Source of the DNA: Alphaproteobacteria bacterium
GTDB taxonomy: Bacteria > Pseudomonadota > Alphaproteobacteria > MPNO01
DNA: 64,000 nucleotides
Direction of reading: 5' to 3'
Assembly: GCA_965248835.1 (NCBI GenBank)
Contig: CBDFLJ010000002.1
Location: 1,568,001-1,632,000, forward strand
Position numbers and translations under genes: made by a program. This document shows positions 37,615 through 46,600 of this stretch, one piece after another; the stretch's first letter is position 1; every line of letters begins with the position of its first letter. The notes below the pieces were generated by a model, which ran no database searches, was not told the DNA's origin, and saw only the letters and a program-made list of their open reading frames with translations.

Positions 37615-39138
37615 ATGGCCAAGACCCTGCGCGAGGAAGTGGACGCCGTGGAAGCGGCAGCCAGGCCCGGCAGCAACATCCGCGCCGTCCTGCCCTATGG
37701 CGATTTGCGCGAATGGCTGGCCGAGGCCGAGCGGCTGGGCGAGGTCACCGTCGTCAAGGGTCTGGAAAAGGAAGAAGAGATCGGCATGGCGGCCGAACTC
37801 GTGATGCATTCCGATGACGCCGACTGCATCGTCTTCGACGACATCAAGGGCCACGAGCCGGGCTATCGCGTGCTGGTCAACTTCTTCGGCGGCAAGCGCA
37901 AGAACATGACGCTCGGCTTCCCCACCGACCTCAGCAAGGTCGAGCTGTCGGAGGCCTATTACACCGCCCAGCTCAAGGACATGAAGCCGATCCCCCATCG
38001 CGTCGTCGAGCAGGGACCGGTCACCGAAAACGTCCTGGAAGGCGATGACATCGACGTGACGAAGTTCCCGGCGCCGCTCTGGCACCCCGATGACGGCGGG
38101 CACTATATCGGCACCGGCTCCTACGACGTCACCGTCGATCCCGACACCGGCTGGATGAATCTGGGCACCTACCGGGTGATGGTCCAGGACGCCAGGACGG
38201 TCGGCTATTACATCTCTCCCGGCAAGCACGGCCGGGTCCACCGCGACAAATACATCGCGCGCGGCGAGAAGATGCCGACGGTGATCGTGGTCGGCGGCGA
38301 TCCCATGACGTTCCTGACCGCCTGCACCGAGATGCCGCCGGGCGTGTGCGAATACGACATCGTCGGTGCCATGCGCGGCGAGCCGCTGAAGGTCATCAGG
38401 GGCCGCCACACCGGCATCCCCTTCCCGGCCGATGCCGAGATCGTGCTCGAAGGCTTCGTCGATCCCGAGGAGCGCCGCCCCGAAGGCCCGTTCGGCGAAT
38501 GGACCGGCTATTACGGCTCGGACATGCGCGACGAGCCGGTGATGCATCTCAGCGCGATCTATCACCGTGACAACCCGATCCTGCTCGGCTGCCCGCCCCA
38601 GCGGCCGCCGGACGAGATGTGCCGCTACCGCGCGGTCACCCGCTCGGCGATGCTGCGCGATGCGATCGAGAAGGCGGGTGTGCCCGATGTCGTCTCGGCC
38701 TGGGCGCACGAGGTCGGCAACTCGCGCATGCTGCTGGCGGTCTCGATCAAGCAGCGCTATCCGGGCCATGCCAAACAGGCCGGCCATTGCGCGGCGATGT
38801 GCCACGTCGGCGCTTACGCCGGAAAGTACGTGATCGTCACCGACGAAGACATCGACATTTCCAACCTCGAGGAGCTGACCTGGGCGATGATCACCCGGTC
38901 CGATCCGGCGACCTCGATCGACATCATCAAGGACGCCTGGTCGACCCCGCTCGACCCGCGCATCCCGCCTTGGGAGAAATCGGCGGGCAACATGACCAAT
39001 AGCCGCGCCATCATCGATGCCTGCCGTCCGTTCCACTGGAAGGACGACTTCCCGATGGTCAACGCTCCCTCCCAGGAGGTCGCGCGCAAGGCCAGGGAGA
39101 AGTTCGGCTACCTGTTGGACGGCAAGGACGCACCGTAA
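37615..39138 (+). CDS. UbiD family (de)carboxylase #3
   Basis: DLREWL, DGGHYIGT, NLGTYR, AEIVLEG, EGPFGEWTGYY, DEDID, AIIDAC. Confidence 0.92.
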   Translation: MAKTLREEVDAVEAAARPGSNIRAVLPYGDLREWLAEAERLGEVTVVKGLEKEEEIGMAAELVMHSDDADCIVFDDIKGHEPGYRVLVNFFGGKRKNMTLGFPTDLSKVELSEAYYTAQLKDMKPIPHRVVEQGPVTENVLEGDDIDVTKFPAPLWHPDDGGHYIGTGSYDVTVDPDTGWMNLGTYRVMVQDARTVGYYISPGKHGRVHRDKYIARGEKMPTVIVVGGDPMTFLTACTEMPPGVCEYDIVGAMRGEPLKVIRGRHTGIPFPADAEIVLEGFVDPEERRPEGPFGEWTGYYGSDMRDEPVMHLSAIYHRDNPILLGCPPQRPPDEMCRYRAVTRSAMLRDAIEKAGVPDVVSAWAHEVGNSRMLLAVSIKQRYPGHAKQAGHCAAMCHVGAYAGKYVIVTDEDIDISNLEELTWAMITRSDPATSIDIIKDAWSTPLDPRIPPWEKSAGNMTNSRAIIDACRPFHWKDDFPMVNAPSQEVARKAREKFGYLLDGKDAP

Positions 39139-39149
39139 CCGGATGCGCC

Positions 39150-39602
39150 CTAGCCGGTGAACAGCGCCGCGCCTTCGTCCTCGAGCATCGGGCCGGTGAC
39201 CGCGACATCCCTCTCGCCGCAGGCGAAGACGTCGCGGCAGTGGAGCTTGAGCATCGGCGGGCCGGCCTCGCGCACGGTGACCAGGCGCGCGTGCGACAGG
39301 CCGTAGACAAGCCGCGAGATGCCCGACCAGAACACGGCCGCGGCGCACATCGCACAGGGCTCGCAGCTCGTCACCAGGGTATAGCCGTCCAGCACCCCGA
39401 CGCCGTACTTGCGGCTCGCCTCGCGCACCAGGTTGGACTCGGCATGGCCGGTGCAATCACTGTCGGTGACGACCGTGTTCTCGCCTTCCATGACGATGTT
39501 GCCGTCGGGGTCGACCAGCACCGAGCCGAAAGGCGGATTGCCATTTCCCGCCGCCCGTTTCGCAGCCGCATACGCACGCCGCATCAGTTCTTCGTCGTTC
39601 AT
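39150..39602 (-). CDS. Zn-dependent nucleoside/nucleobase deaminase (CDA fold)
   Basis: PFGSVLV, HAE, EPCAMC; GGGAGG RBS. Confidence 0.9.
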   Translation of the reverse strand: MNDEELMRRAYAAAKRAAGNGNPPFGSVLVDPDGNIVMEGENTVVTDSDCTGHAESNLVREASRKYGVGVLDGYTLVTSCEPCAMCAAAVFWSGISRLVYGLSHARLVTVREAGPPMLKLHCRDVFACGERDVAVTGPMLEDEGAALFTG

Positions 39603-39692
39603 CCTGCCCTCCCGGTTCGGCCACGGCTTGCGCGCGGACCGCCCACAATCCGATACTGCCCTGCCAGCAACGCGTTTGCCATGGACCTCTGA

Positions 39693-40751
39693 ATGAAATT
39701 CGGCCTGTTCTACCTGCCCACCTACATGCCGGCGATCCGCGACGCCGGCACCCATTACGACAACATCATCGAGCAGATCCTCTATGCCGAGAAGATCGGC
39801 ATCGATTATGCCTGGCTGGTGGAGCACCATTTCGTCCGGCACGGCGGGCTGATGGCCGCGAACTACGCCTTCCTGTCCTACCTCGCCGGCAGGACCGAGC
39901 GAATCCGGCTCGGCACCGGCGCGACGGTCCTGCCGCTCAACGATCCGGTCCGGGTCGCCGAACAGGCAGCGACCCTGGACCACCTGTCGCGTGGCCGGTT
40001 CGACCTCGGGCTCGGGCGGGGGTTCATCCGGGACGAGTTCGACTCCTTCGGCGTGCCCATGTCGGAGAGCCGCGAGCGGCTGGAGGAAGGCGTTGCGCTG
40101 ATCAAGCAGGCCTGGGCAGCGCCGACGCTGGAATTTCCCGGCGGGTTCCGCCCGCCGATGACCGATTTGTCGATCCTGCCGCCGCCCTTCCAGAAACCCC
40201 ACCCGCCGATCTGGGTCGCGTGCCTGCTGTCGCCGGAGAGCTTCGCCTGGACGGCGCGGGAGGGCTACAACCTGCTCTATGTCGCCTATCACGTCGATCA
40301 TCCGGTCGCGGTCGAACGCATCGGCTGGTACCGCAACGCGCTGACCGCCGCCGGACGCCTCATCGAGGACCACGAGATCTGCTGCGTCTACCACGCCCAT
40401 TTCCTGGAAGCGGACGACGATGTGCGGCTGGAATCGATCGTCGACCAGCCGATGCAGGAATACGCCGCCGCCGGCCTGGAGGCCACGCGCAAGCCGGCCG
40501 ATGCCAAGGGCTACGAGGGCTATGAGCAGCGCGATGCAGGCCAGCGCCGCTTCGGCTTCGAGATGTATTTCCCCGGCCGCGTGCTGATGGGCGGCCCCGG
40601 CCAGGCGATCGCACGCATCAAGGAGCTCGAATCGGTCGGCATCACCCAGATCGGCCTGCTGATCGATTTCGGCTCACTGCCGCAGGCCGAGATCATGCGT
40701 TCGCTGGAAATCTTCGGCCGTGAGGTGCTGCCGGCGGTGCGCGACCTGTAG
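39693..40751 (+). CDS. LLM class flavin-dependent oxidoreductase
   Basis: MKFGLF, EHHF, TERIRLGT, PVRVAEQAATLD.LS.GRFDLGLGRG, QKPHPPIWVA. Confidence 0.92.
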   Translation: MKFGLFYLPTYMPAIRDAGTHYDNIIEQILYAEKIGIDYAWLVEHHFVRHGGLMAANYAFLSYLAGRTERIRLGTGATVLPLNDPVRVAEQAATLDHLSRGRFDLGLGRGFIRDEFDSFGVPMSESRERLEEGVALIKQAWAAPTLEFPGGFRPPMTDLSILPPPFQKPHPPIWVACLLSPESFAWTAREGYNLLYVAYHVDHPVAVERIGWYRNALTAAGRLIEDHEICCVYHAHFLEADDDVRLESIVDQPMQEYAAAGLEATRKPADAKGYEGYEQRDAGQRRFGFEMYFPGRVLMGGPGQAIARIKELESVGITQIGLLIDFGSLPQAEIMRSLEIFGREVLPAVRDL

Positions 40752-40787
40752 AGCCGACCGAGGTCAAGCTTGCGGCCGGCTACGGTC

Positions 40788-41168
40788 TCAGGACTTGGCC
40801 GGCCGGCTGGAAAACGTCGCGTCGTCGATGACGAAACGCCACAGGCCGTCGGCTTCCCTGGTCAGCACCTCGGCCGAGGAGCCCGACATGGCGACCGAGC
40901 CGTCCGGCGCGGTAAGCACCCAATCGGTGCGGACCAGCGCGGTATCGCCGTTCTCGTAGCTCGCCCCGCATGTCGTGGTGATGCTCACCGACCCGTCCAG
41001 CATCGGCGCCATCATCTCGCCGATCGCCGCCTTACCGACGGCCGAGGCCTCACCGTCGATCGTCAGCATCCCGCCGTCGGCATAAAGCGCCAGCAAACCG
41101 TCGAGATCCTGCGCATTGAAGAGCCTGCCGAACGTCTCCGGCATCTCCGCCGGTGCTTTCACACCCAT
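40788..41168 (-). CDS. NTF2-like/SnoaL-like (YybH/DUF4440) protein
   Basis: FNAQDLDGLLALYA ... EVL.READG.WRFVID. Confidence 0.82.
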   Translation of the reverse strand: MGVKAPAEMPETFGRLFNAQDLDGLLALYADGGMLTIDGEASAVGKAAIGEMMAPMLDGSVSITTTCGASYENGDTALVRTDWVLTAPDGSVAMSGSSAEVLTREADGLWRFVIDDATFSSRPAKS

Positions 41169-41249
41169 GATGGCCTCCTCCTGGTCTGATCTCTTGAACT
41201 ATCGATCGCTCGGACTACGCGCCAGGATAGCCCGACATCGCGGTCATGG

Positions 41250-41702
41250 TCAGCCCGGCGCCATGCCCTTTTTCTCGAGCTGCTCGACGGCGTTGGGCGT
41301 CTTTTCCAGACTATCCAGCCCCATGGCTTTCAGCACGTGGCCGGCCTTGGTGAACTGGATGTCGTCGTAGGGCACGACCTCGACGCGGTTGCCCCACGGA
41401 TCGCGGAAGTTGAGGCGGTCTCCGATCAGGGGCACGCCAAGCTTCTCGAGCGCCGAGCGGATCGGGCCGCGGTCGTCGACGACGAAGCCGAAATGACGCT
41501 TCTGGTCGGGCGCCCGGTCCGCGTTCTCGGTCAGTTGCAGGAACTGATCACCCATGTCGATGAAGACGTTGGTCTTGCCCTTGCCGCGCAGCTCGAAGTC
41601 GAAGATTGCGCCGTAGAACGCCAGTGCCTCCTCGATGTCGCCGACCTCCAACACGACGTGGTTGATGCCCAAGGCGCGGGCCTTGCCGGGTGTCCTGGCC
41701 AT
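41250..41702 (-). CDS. VOC/glyoxalase family protein
   Basis: GINHVVLEVGDIEEALAFY, HFGFVV, FRDPWGNRVEVV. Confidence 0.88.
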   Translation of the reverse strand: MARTPGKARALGINHVVLEVGDIEEALAFYGAIFDFELRGKGKTNVFIDMGDQFLQLTENADRAPDQKRHFGFVVDDRGPIRSALEKLGVPLIGDRLNFRDPWGNRVEVVPYDDIQFTKAGHVLKAMGLDSLEKTPNAVEQLEKKGMAPG

Positions 41703-41724
41703 ATCTCTACCCTCCCGATGCCGG

Positions 41725-42487
41725 CTAACGCGGCGGCAGACGGACGGCGCCGTCGAGCCGGATGGTCTCGCCGTTCAGCAGCGTGTTCTCGACGATATGC
41801 TGGACGAGCTGGGCGAACTCGTCGGGCTCGCCCAAGCGCGGCGGAAACTGGGTGATCGCAAGCAGGCCCTCGCGCACGGCATCCGGGACGCCATCGAACA
41901 TCGGCGTCTCCAGGATGCCGGGCGCGATGGCGCACACCCGGATGCCGGCGCGCGCGAACTCGCGCGCCGCTGGCAAGGTCAGCGAGGCGACCCCGCCCTT
42001 CGACGCCGAATAGGCAGCCTGGCCGATCTGGCCTTCGAATGCCGGCGACCGAGGATGTGTTGACGATTACCCCGCGTTCGCCGGACTCCTGCGGTTCGGC
42101 CTCCGCCATCCCCGCCGCGGCGAGGCGCATCACGTTGAAGGTACCGATCAGGTTGACTTCGATCACCCGGGCGAAGTCCTCCAACGCCATCGGGCCGCCG
42201 CGGCCGACGATACGCGCTGCCGGTCCGATCCCGGCGCAGTTGACGGCGATCTGCGGCGTACCCACCGCATCGCCGATCTCGGCGAGCGCGGCCTCGACGG
42301 CCTCGGGCGAGGTGACGTCGCAGCAAACGCCGATCCCGCCCAGCGCATCGCCAGCCGCCTTGGCGCCCTCGGCGTTCAGATCCATCACGGCGACCTTCGC
42401 GCCCGCGCCGGCCAGCCGTCTGGCCGTGGCCTCGCCCAGCCCCGATGCGCCGCCGGTCACCAGCGCCGCCACACCCTCGATCCTCAT
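41725..42487 (-). pseudogene. Type II 3-hydroxyacyl-CoA dehydrogenase-like SDR with a +1 frameshift near 42044
   Basis: TGGASGLG ... NTSSVA in one frame and [17 protein letters not shown] ... [10 protein letters not shown] in another; one extra base. Confidence 0.82.
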
Positions 42488-42572
42488 GCTCGTCCTTCCC
42501 CCGGTATTCGCCGTACCGGCCAGTTTACACCAACCTCCCCCGTCCTTATAGCTTGGGCCCGGCGGCGCAAGC

Positions 42573-43367
42573 GTGGAGAAGACCGTGGCGGTGTTCGAAT
42601 CCGAGTTCCTGGCCCTCGAAATGCGCGGCCGCATCGCGGTGCTGACGCTGAACCGGCCGGAAAAGCGCAACGCGGTTCACATGGCGATGATCGAGGACGT
42701 CAACCGGTTCTTCGTCACCCCGCCCGACGATGCCCGCGCCGTCGTCCTGGCCGGCGCGGGAGACCATTTCTGCGCCGGGCTCGATCTCTCCGAGCACAAG
42801 GAACGCGACGTGCCTGAGGCGCTCGCCGCCTCGCGCTATTGGCACCGCACGCTGGAGATGATCCAGTTCGGCGGCCTGCCGGTGATCACCGCCATGCACG
42901 GCGCTGTGATGGGCGGCGGGCTGGAGATCGCGGTCGCCACCCACGTCCGGGTCGCCGAGCCGTCGGCGATCTACCAGTTGCCCGAGGGCCAGCGCGGCAT
43001 CTTCGTCGGCGGCGGCGCATCGGTCCGGGTTTCGCGCATCATCGGCGCCGGACGGACGACCGAGATGATGCTCACTGGCCGCCGACTCGACGCCGCCGAG
43101 GGTCAGGCGCTTGGGCTGTCGCACTACCTGGTCGGCACCGGCGAGGCGCTGGACAAGGCACGCGAGCTGGCGGAGACGGTGGCCAGCAACGCGCCGCTGG
43201 TCAACGACGTGATCATGCTGGGCATCGAGCGCATCGCCGACATGTCGATGACCGGCGGCTTCTACACCGAAGCCATCGCCTCGGCGCTGACCCAGACCAG
43301 CGAAGATGCCAGGGCTGGGATGGAGGCGTTCCTGCAAAAACGCAAGGCGAAGTTCCGCGCGGATTAA
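42573..43367 (+). CDS. Crotonase/enoyl-CoA hydratase family protein
   Basis: LNRPEKRNA, FCAGLDL, GAVMGGGLEIA, LPEGQRGIFVGGG; start may be a few codons later. Confidence 0.9.
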   Translation: MEKTVAVFESEFLALEMRGRIAVLTLNRPEKRNAVHMAMIEDVNRFFVTPPDDARAVVLAGAGDHFCAGLDLSEHKERDVPEALAASRYWHRTLEMIQFGGLPVITAMHGAVMGGGLEIAVATHVRVAEPSAIYQLPEGQRGIFVGGGASVRVSRIIGAGRTTEMMLTGRRLDAAEGQALGLSHYLVGTGEALDKARELAETVASNAPLVNDVIMLGIERIADMSMTGGFYTEAIASALTQTSEDARAGMEAFLQKRKAKFRAD

Positions 43368-44293
43368 CAGGCTTTCCGATCGGATCCAGTCGGCCCGGAT
43401 CGGCCGGCGGGCTTTCTCAGGCGCACCGTGAAGACTGCGGCGATCACCAAGGCGGCGCCGATGAGCTGCAGGCGGGTCAGCGTCTGACCGAGGATCACGA
43501 ACCCGGCGGCGATGGTGAAGACCGGCTCGAGGTTCATCACCAGCGTGGCGCGGATCGAGCCGATCAGCGAGATCGCGGCGAAGAAGCAGACTGTGGAGAG
43601 CGCGTAGAGAACCGGCAGCGCGCCATAGCCGAGCCAGCCCTTGGCGGTCTCCGGCAACGCCACGTCGCCATCGATCAGGCAGATGACGATGAAGATCGTC
43701 CCGGCGGCAACCTGCATGTGCAGGGTCAGCGGCCTCGGGTCCTGCGCGCGCATGAGCTGGGCGCTGACCACCGCGACCAACGACCAGGCCCCGGCCGCAC
43801 CCAGCGCCAGGCCGGCGCCGAACAGATCCATCCCCGCACCGGAGAGGTTGAACACCAGCAGCAGCCCGGCGAAGGCGGTCACCAAGGCCGCGGCGATCGC
43901 CGGCGTCATCCGGTCCTGGCCGATTGCGATCGCGATCACGGTCACCAGCATCGGATAGATGTAGAAGATCGAAAACGTCAGGCCGACCGGAATGAGTGCG
44001 AAGGAGTTGTAGAGGCAGTAGGACTGGACCGACAGCAGACAGCCGAGCGCAAGCGAGAACAGGCGTTGGCGCGGCGGCAGCATGAAGGGTATGCCCAGCA
44101 GGCGCATCACGCCGACCAGCACGATGATCGCGCCGGCGAAACGGATGGTGATCGCCGCCAGCGGCTCGCCGCCGCCTTCATAGGACCAGACTGTCGCCAC
44201 GGTGGAGCCGGTGAACGCGGCCGAAGACAGCACCGCGAGACCGATGCCGAACATCCCGCGCCGCCGGGCGGGCTCGGTCGGGATCAGGGGCAT
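43364..44293 (-). CDS. DMT/EamA family transporter
   Basis: About 10 TM segments, FYIYP, MNLEPV, QLIGAALVI. Confidence 0.85.
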   Translation of the reverse strand: MPLIPTEPARRRGMFGIGLAVLSSAAFTGSTVATVWSYEGGGEPLAAITIRFAGAIIVLVGVMRLLGIPFMLPPRQRLFSLALGCLLSVQSYCLYNSFALIPVGLTFSIFYIYPMLVTVIAIAIGQDRMTPAIAAALVTAFAGLLLVFNLSGAGMDLFGAGLALGAAGAWSLVAVVSAQLMRAQDPRPLTLHMQVAAGTIFIVICLIDGDVALPETAKGWLGYGALPVLYALSTVCFFAAISLIGSIRATLVMNLEPVFTIAAGFVILGQTLTRLQLIGAALVIAAVFTVRLRKPAGRSGPTGSDRKAC

Positions 44294-44328
44294 CGACCGG
44301 CCGGGTCGGCGACGGTGGCGGGCGCGGC

Positions 44329-45333
44329 TCAGTCGAGGTTCAACAGGGTCCGGGCGTTGTTCTCGTAAAGTGCGGCGCGCTCGGTCTTGCTGACCTCGAG
44401 CTCGTCGAGGATCTTGATGGTCTCGCGGATATACATCGGCCCGCCCTCGGGATCGAACGGGCAGTCGGAAGCGAACATGCACTTCTCGATGCCGAAGAAG
44501 GCGAGTCCGCAATCGGTTGCCGCGCTCGACCCGAAGGTCGCAGTATCGGCATAGAACATCTTGAAATAGTCGATCGGCCGCTTTTTCATCGACGCCAGCA
44601 GCGCCTCGTAGTCCTCATCGGCGGTGCGGGTTCCGAGCTGGTCCCAGCCGGGCCCGACCCGCCCTTCGAAATAGGGGATCATCGCGCCCAGGTGGTGGGA
44701 GATGATCTTGATGTCCGGCAGCTTGTCGAAGATGCCGGAAAAGACGATCCGGGCCATCGCCACCGAAGTCTCGTAGGGCCAGCCGAAGGTCCACCAGATC
44801 TCGTACTTGGACTTGTCCTCGGTGAGATAGTCCGGGTGATTGGCGCCGCGCGCGGGGTGCAGCCAGATCGGCTTGTCGAGCTGGGCCATGCGCTCGAACA
44901 GCGGGTAGAACTCCGGCTCGTCCAGCGGCCGGCCGTTGACATGGGAGAAGATCTGGACCCCGCACGCGTTGAGCTCGCGGATCGACCGGTCGATCTCCTC
45001 CATCGTCGCGTCCATGTTGTTCATCGGCAGCGAGGCGATGAAGCCTGGGAACCGGTCGGGGTGCCGGCGGCACAGATCGGCCATGCCGTCATTGACCAGC
45101 CGGGCGAGCTCGGGCGTGACGTCCGGGCCGGCGATGAACTCGATCGGCGGCATCGAGTTCGACAGGATCTGCTGGTACTCGCCGAACGTCTCCATCATGC
45201 GCAGCCGCGCGTCGACGTCGTAAAGGACCGGGATGTTGAGCCAGCGCTTGATCGGGTCCTTGTTGGGGATCACTTCCTGCATCCGCTCGAAATAGGCTTT
45301 GGGAAAGACGTGGTTGTAGATATCAAGCTTCAT
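44329..45333 (-). CDS. Amidohydrolase-2 family protein (possible PicC-like hydroxypyridine-carboxylate decarboxylase)
   Basis: DIYNHVFP, WLHP, YEIWWTFGWPYETS, SHH, FASDCPFDPE; family is secure, subfamily is from memory. Confidence 0.85.
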   Translation of the reverse strand: MKLDIYNHVFPKAYFERMQEVIPNKDPIKRWLNIPVLYDVDARLRMMETFGEYQQILSNSMPPIEFIAGPDVTPELARLVNDGMADLCRRHPDRFPGFIASLPMNNMDATMEEIDRSIRELNACGVQIFSHVNGRPLDEPEFYPLFERMAQLDKPIWLHPARGANHPDYLTEDKSKYEIWWTFGWPYETSVAMARIVFSGIFDKLPDIKIISHHLGAMIPYFEGRVGPGWDQLGTRTADEDYEALLASMKKRPIDYFKMFYADTATFGSSAATDCGLAFFGIEKCMFASDCPFDPEGGPMYIRETIKILDELEVSKTERAALYENNARTLLNLD

Positions 45334-45532
45334 GGCTGGTCCCCTGATCCCCCGAATGCCTCGATGACCGGCGGCGGCGGCGGCGTTGCGGCATTATGTC
45401 GGGACCGGCCGGGGCTGCCAAGCGCGCGCCCGTGGGCGGAGTCGACCCCGCATCCAGGCGCATGATAGGGTCGCGGCGATCACCGGGCCGCGCGGCCCGG
45501 ATGCCGTCGATAATCGAACCGGGAGTATCACG

Positions 45533-46492
45533 ATGAGGAAGATAACGACGAGTCTCGGGCTCGCTGCGATCATTGCCGTGGGCAGCGTTGCCGCCCAGGC
45601 GCAGACCATCGCCATCGGCACCACCAAGGGCGGCGCGACCGCGCAGATCGCCGCGGCGATCGCCAAGGTGGTCTCGACCAAGGGCGGCGGGCTGCAGATG
45701 CGCACCCAGCCGTTCGGCGGCACGCAGCAATACATTCCGGTGGTCAATGCCGGCGACGTCGAGATCGGCATGTCGAACCTGCCGCAATATTCGATGGCCA
45801 TAACCGGCACCGGGCTTTCCAAGCGCAAGCATGACAATTTGCGCCTGCTCGCCAACATGATGGTCTTCCAGGTCGGCATCCTGGTGCCCGACCGCTCCGA
45901 CGTCAAAAAGCTCTCGGACCTGCGCGGCAAGCGGGTACCGGCAGGCTTCAAGGCCGCGCCTCTGTTCGTCTTCCTGATGAACGGATTCCTCGCCAATGGC
46001 GGGCTCAGCTACGATGACGTCGCCCGGGTGCCCGTGGTCGCCCTGCGCCAGCACTGGAACATTTTCGCCCAGGGCAAGACCGACATGGCGCTGGCGGCGC
46101 TCGGCACCGGGCGGGTAAAGGAGCTCAACACCAAGATCTCCGGCGGGATCCGCTTCGTCAGCCTCGACCCCGACCCCAAGATGACCAAGGCGATGGTCGC
46201 GGCATATCCGAAGTCCTTTCTCAGGCTGGTCCAGCCCTCGCCCAGGCTCACCGGCGTCAAGTCCCCGGTCTACACGATGAACTACGACTACACGCTGTGG
46301 GCCAACAAGAACATCTCGGACAAGATCGTGCGCACCATCGTCAAGACGATGTACGACAACGAGGCCGATCTGAAGGCGGCAAGCCCGCTGTGGCGCAGCC
46401 ATTCCTCGGCGACGATGGCCAAGGATCTGGGCTTCGCCTTTCACCCGGCGGCGGTGAAATTCTACCGGGAGGCCGGCGTCTGGAAGCGCTAG
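45533..46492 (+). CDS. TAXI family TRAP solute-binding protein
   Basis: Signal peptide, IAIGT..GG, LSDLRGKRV, FHPAAVKFYREAG. Confidence 0.88.
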   Translation: MRKITTSLGLAAIIAVGSVAAQAQTIAIGTTKGGATAQIAAAIAKVVSTKGGGLQMRTQPFGGTQQYIPVVNAGDVEIGMSNLPQYSMAITGTGLSKRKHDNLRLLANMMVFQVGILVPDRSDVKKLSDLRGKRVPAGFKAAPLFVFLMNGFLANGGLSYDDVARVPVVALRQHWNIFAQGKTDMALAALGTGRVKELNTKISGGIRFVSLDPDPKMTKAMVAAYPKSFLRLVQPSPRLTGVKSPVYTMNYDYTLWANKNISDKIVRTIVKTMYDNEADLKAASPLWRSHSSATMAKDLGFAFHPAAVKFYREAGVWKR

Positions 46493-46600
46493 CAGGGCCG
46501 TTCGCGGGGCAGCGCAGGTTTGTCGCCGCCCCGCGGCCGGGGTATAGTCGGCCAGCGTGAAGAACAGGACGAAAACGGGGACCTCGACGGGTAGATTCAG

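Noticed and set aside
42035-42050. Programmed ribosomal frameshift in the SDR
   Set aside because: No slippery heptamer or homopolymer; mutation or sequencing error is more likely
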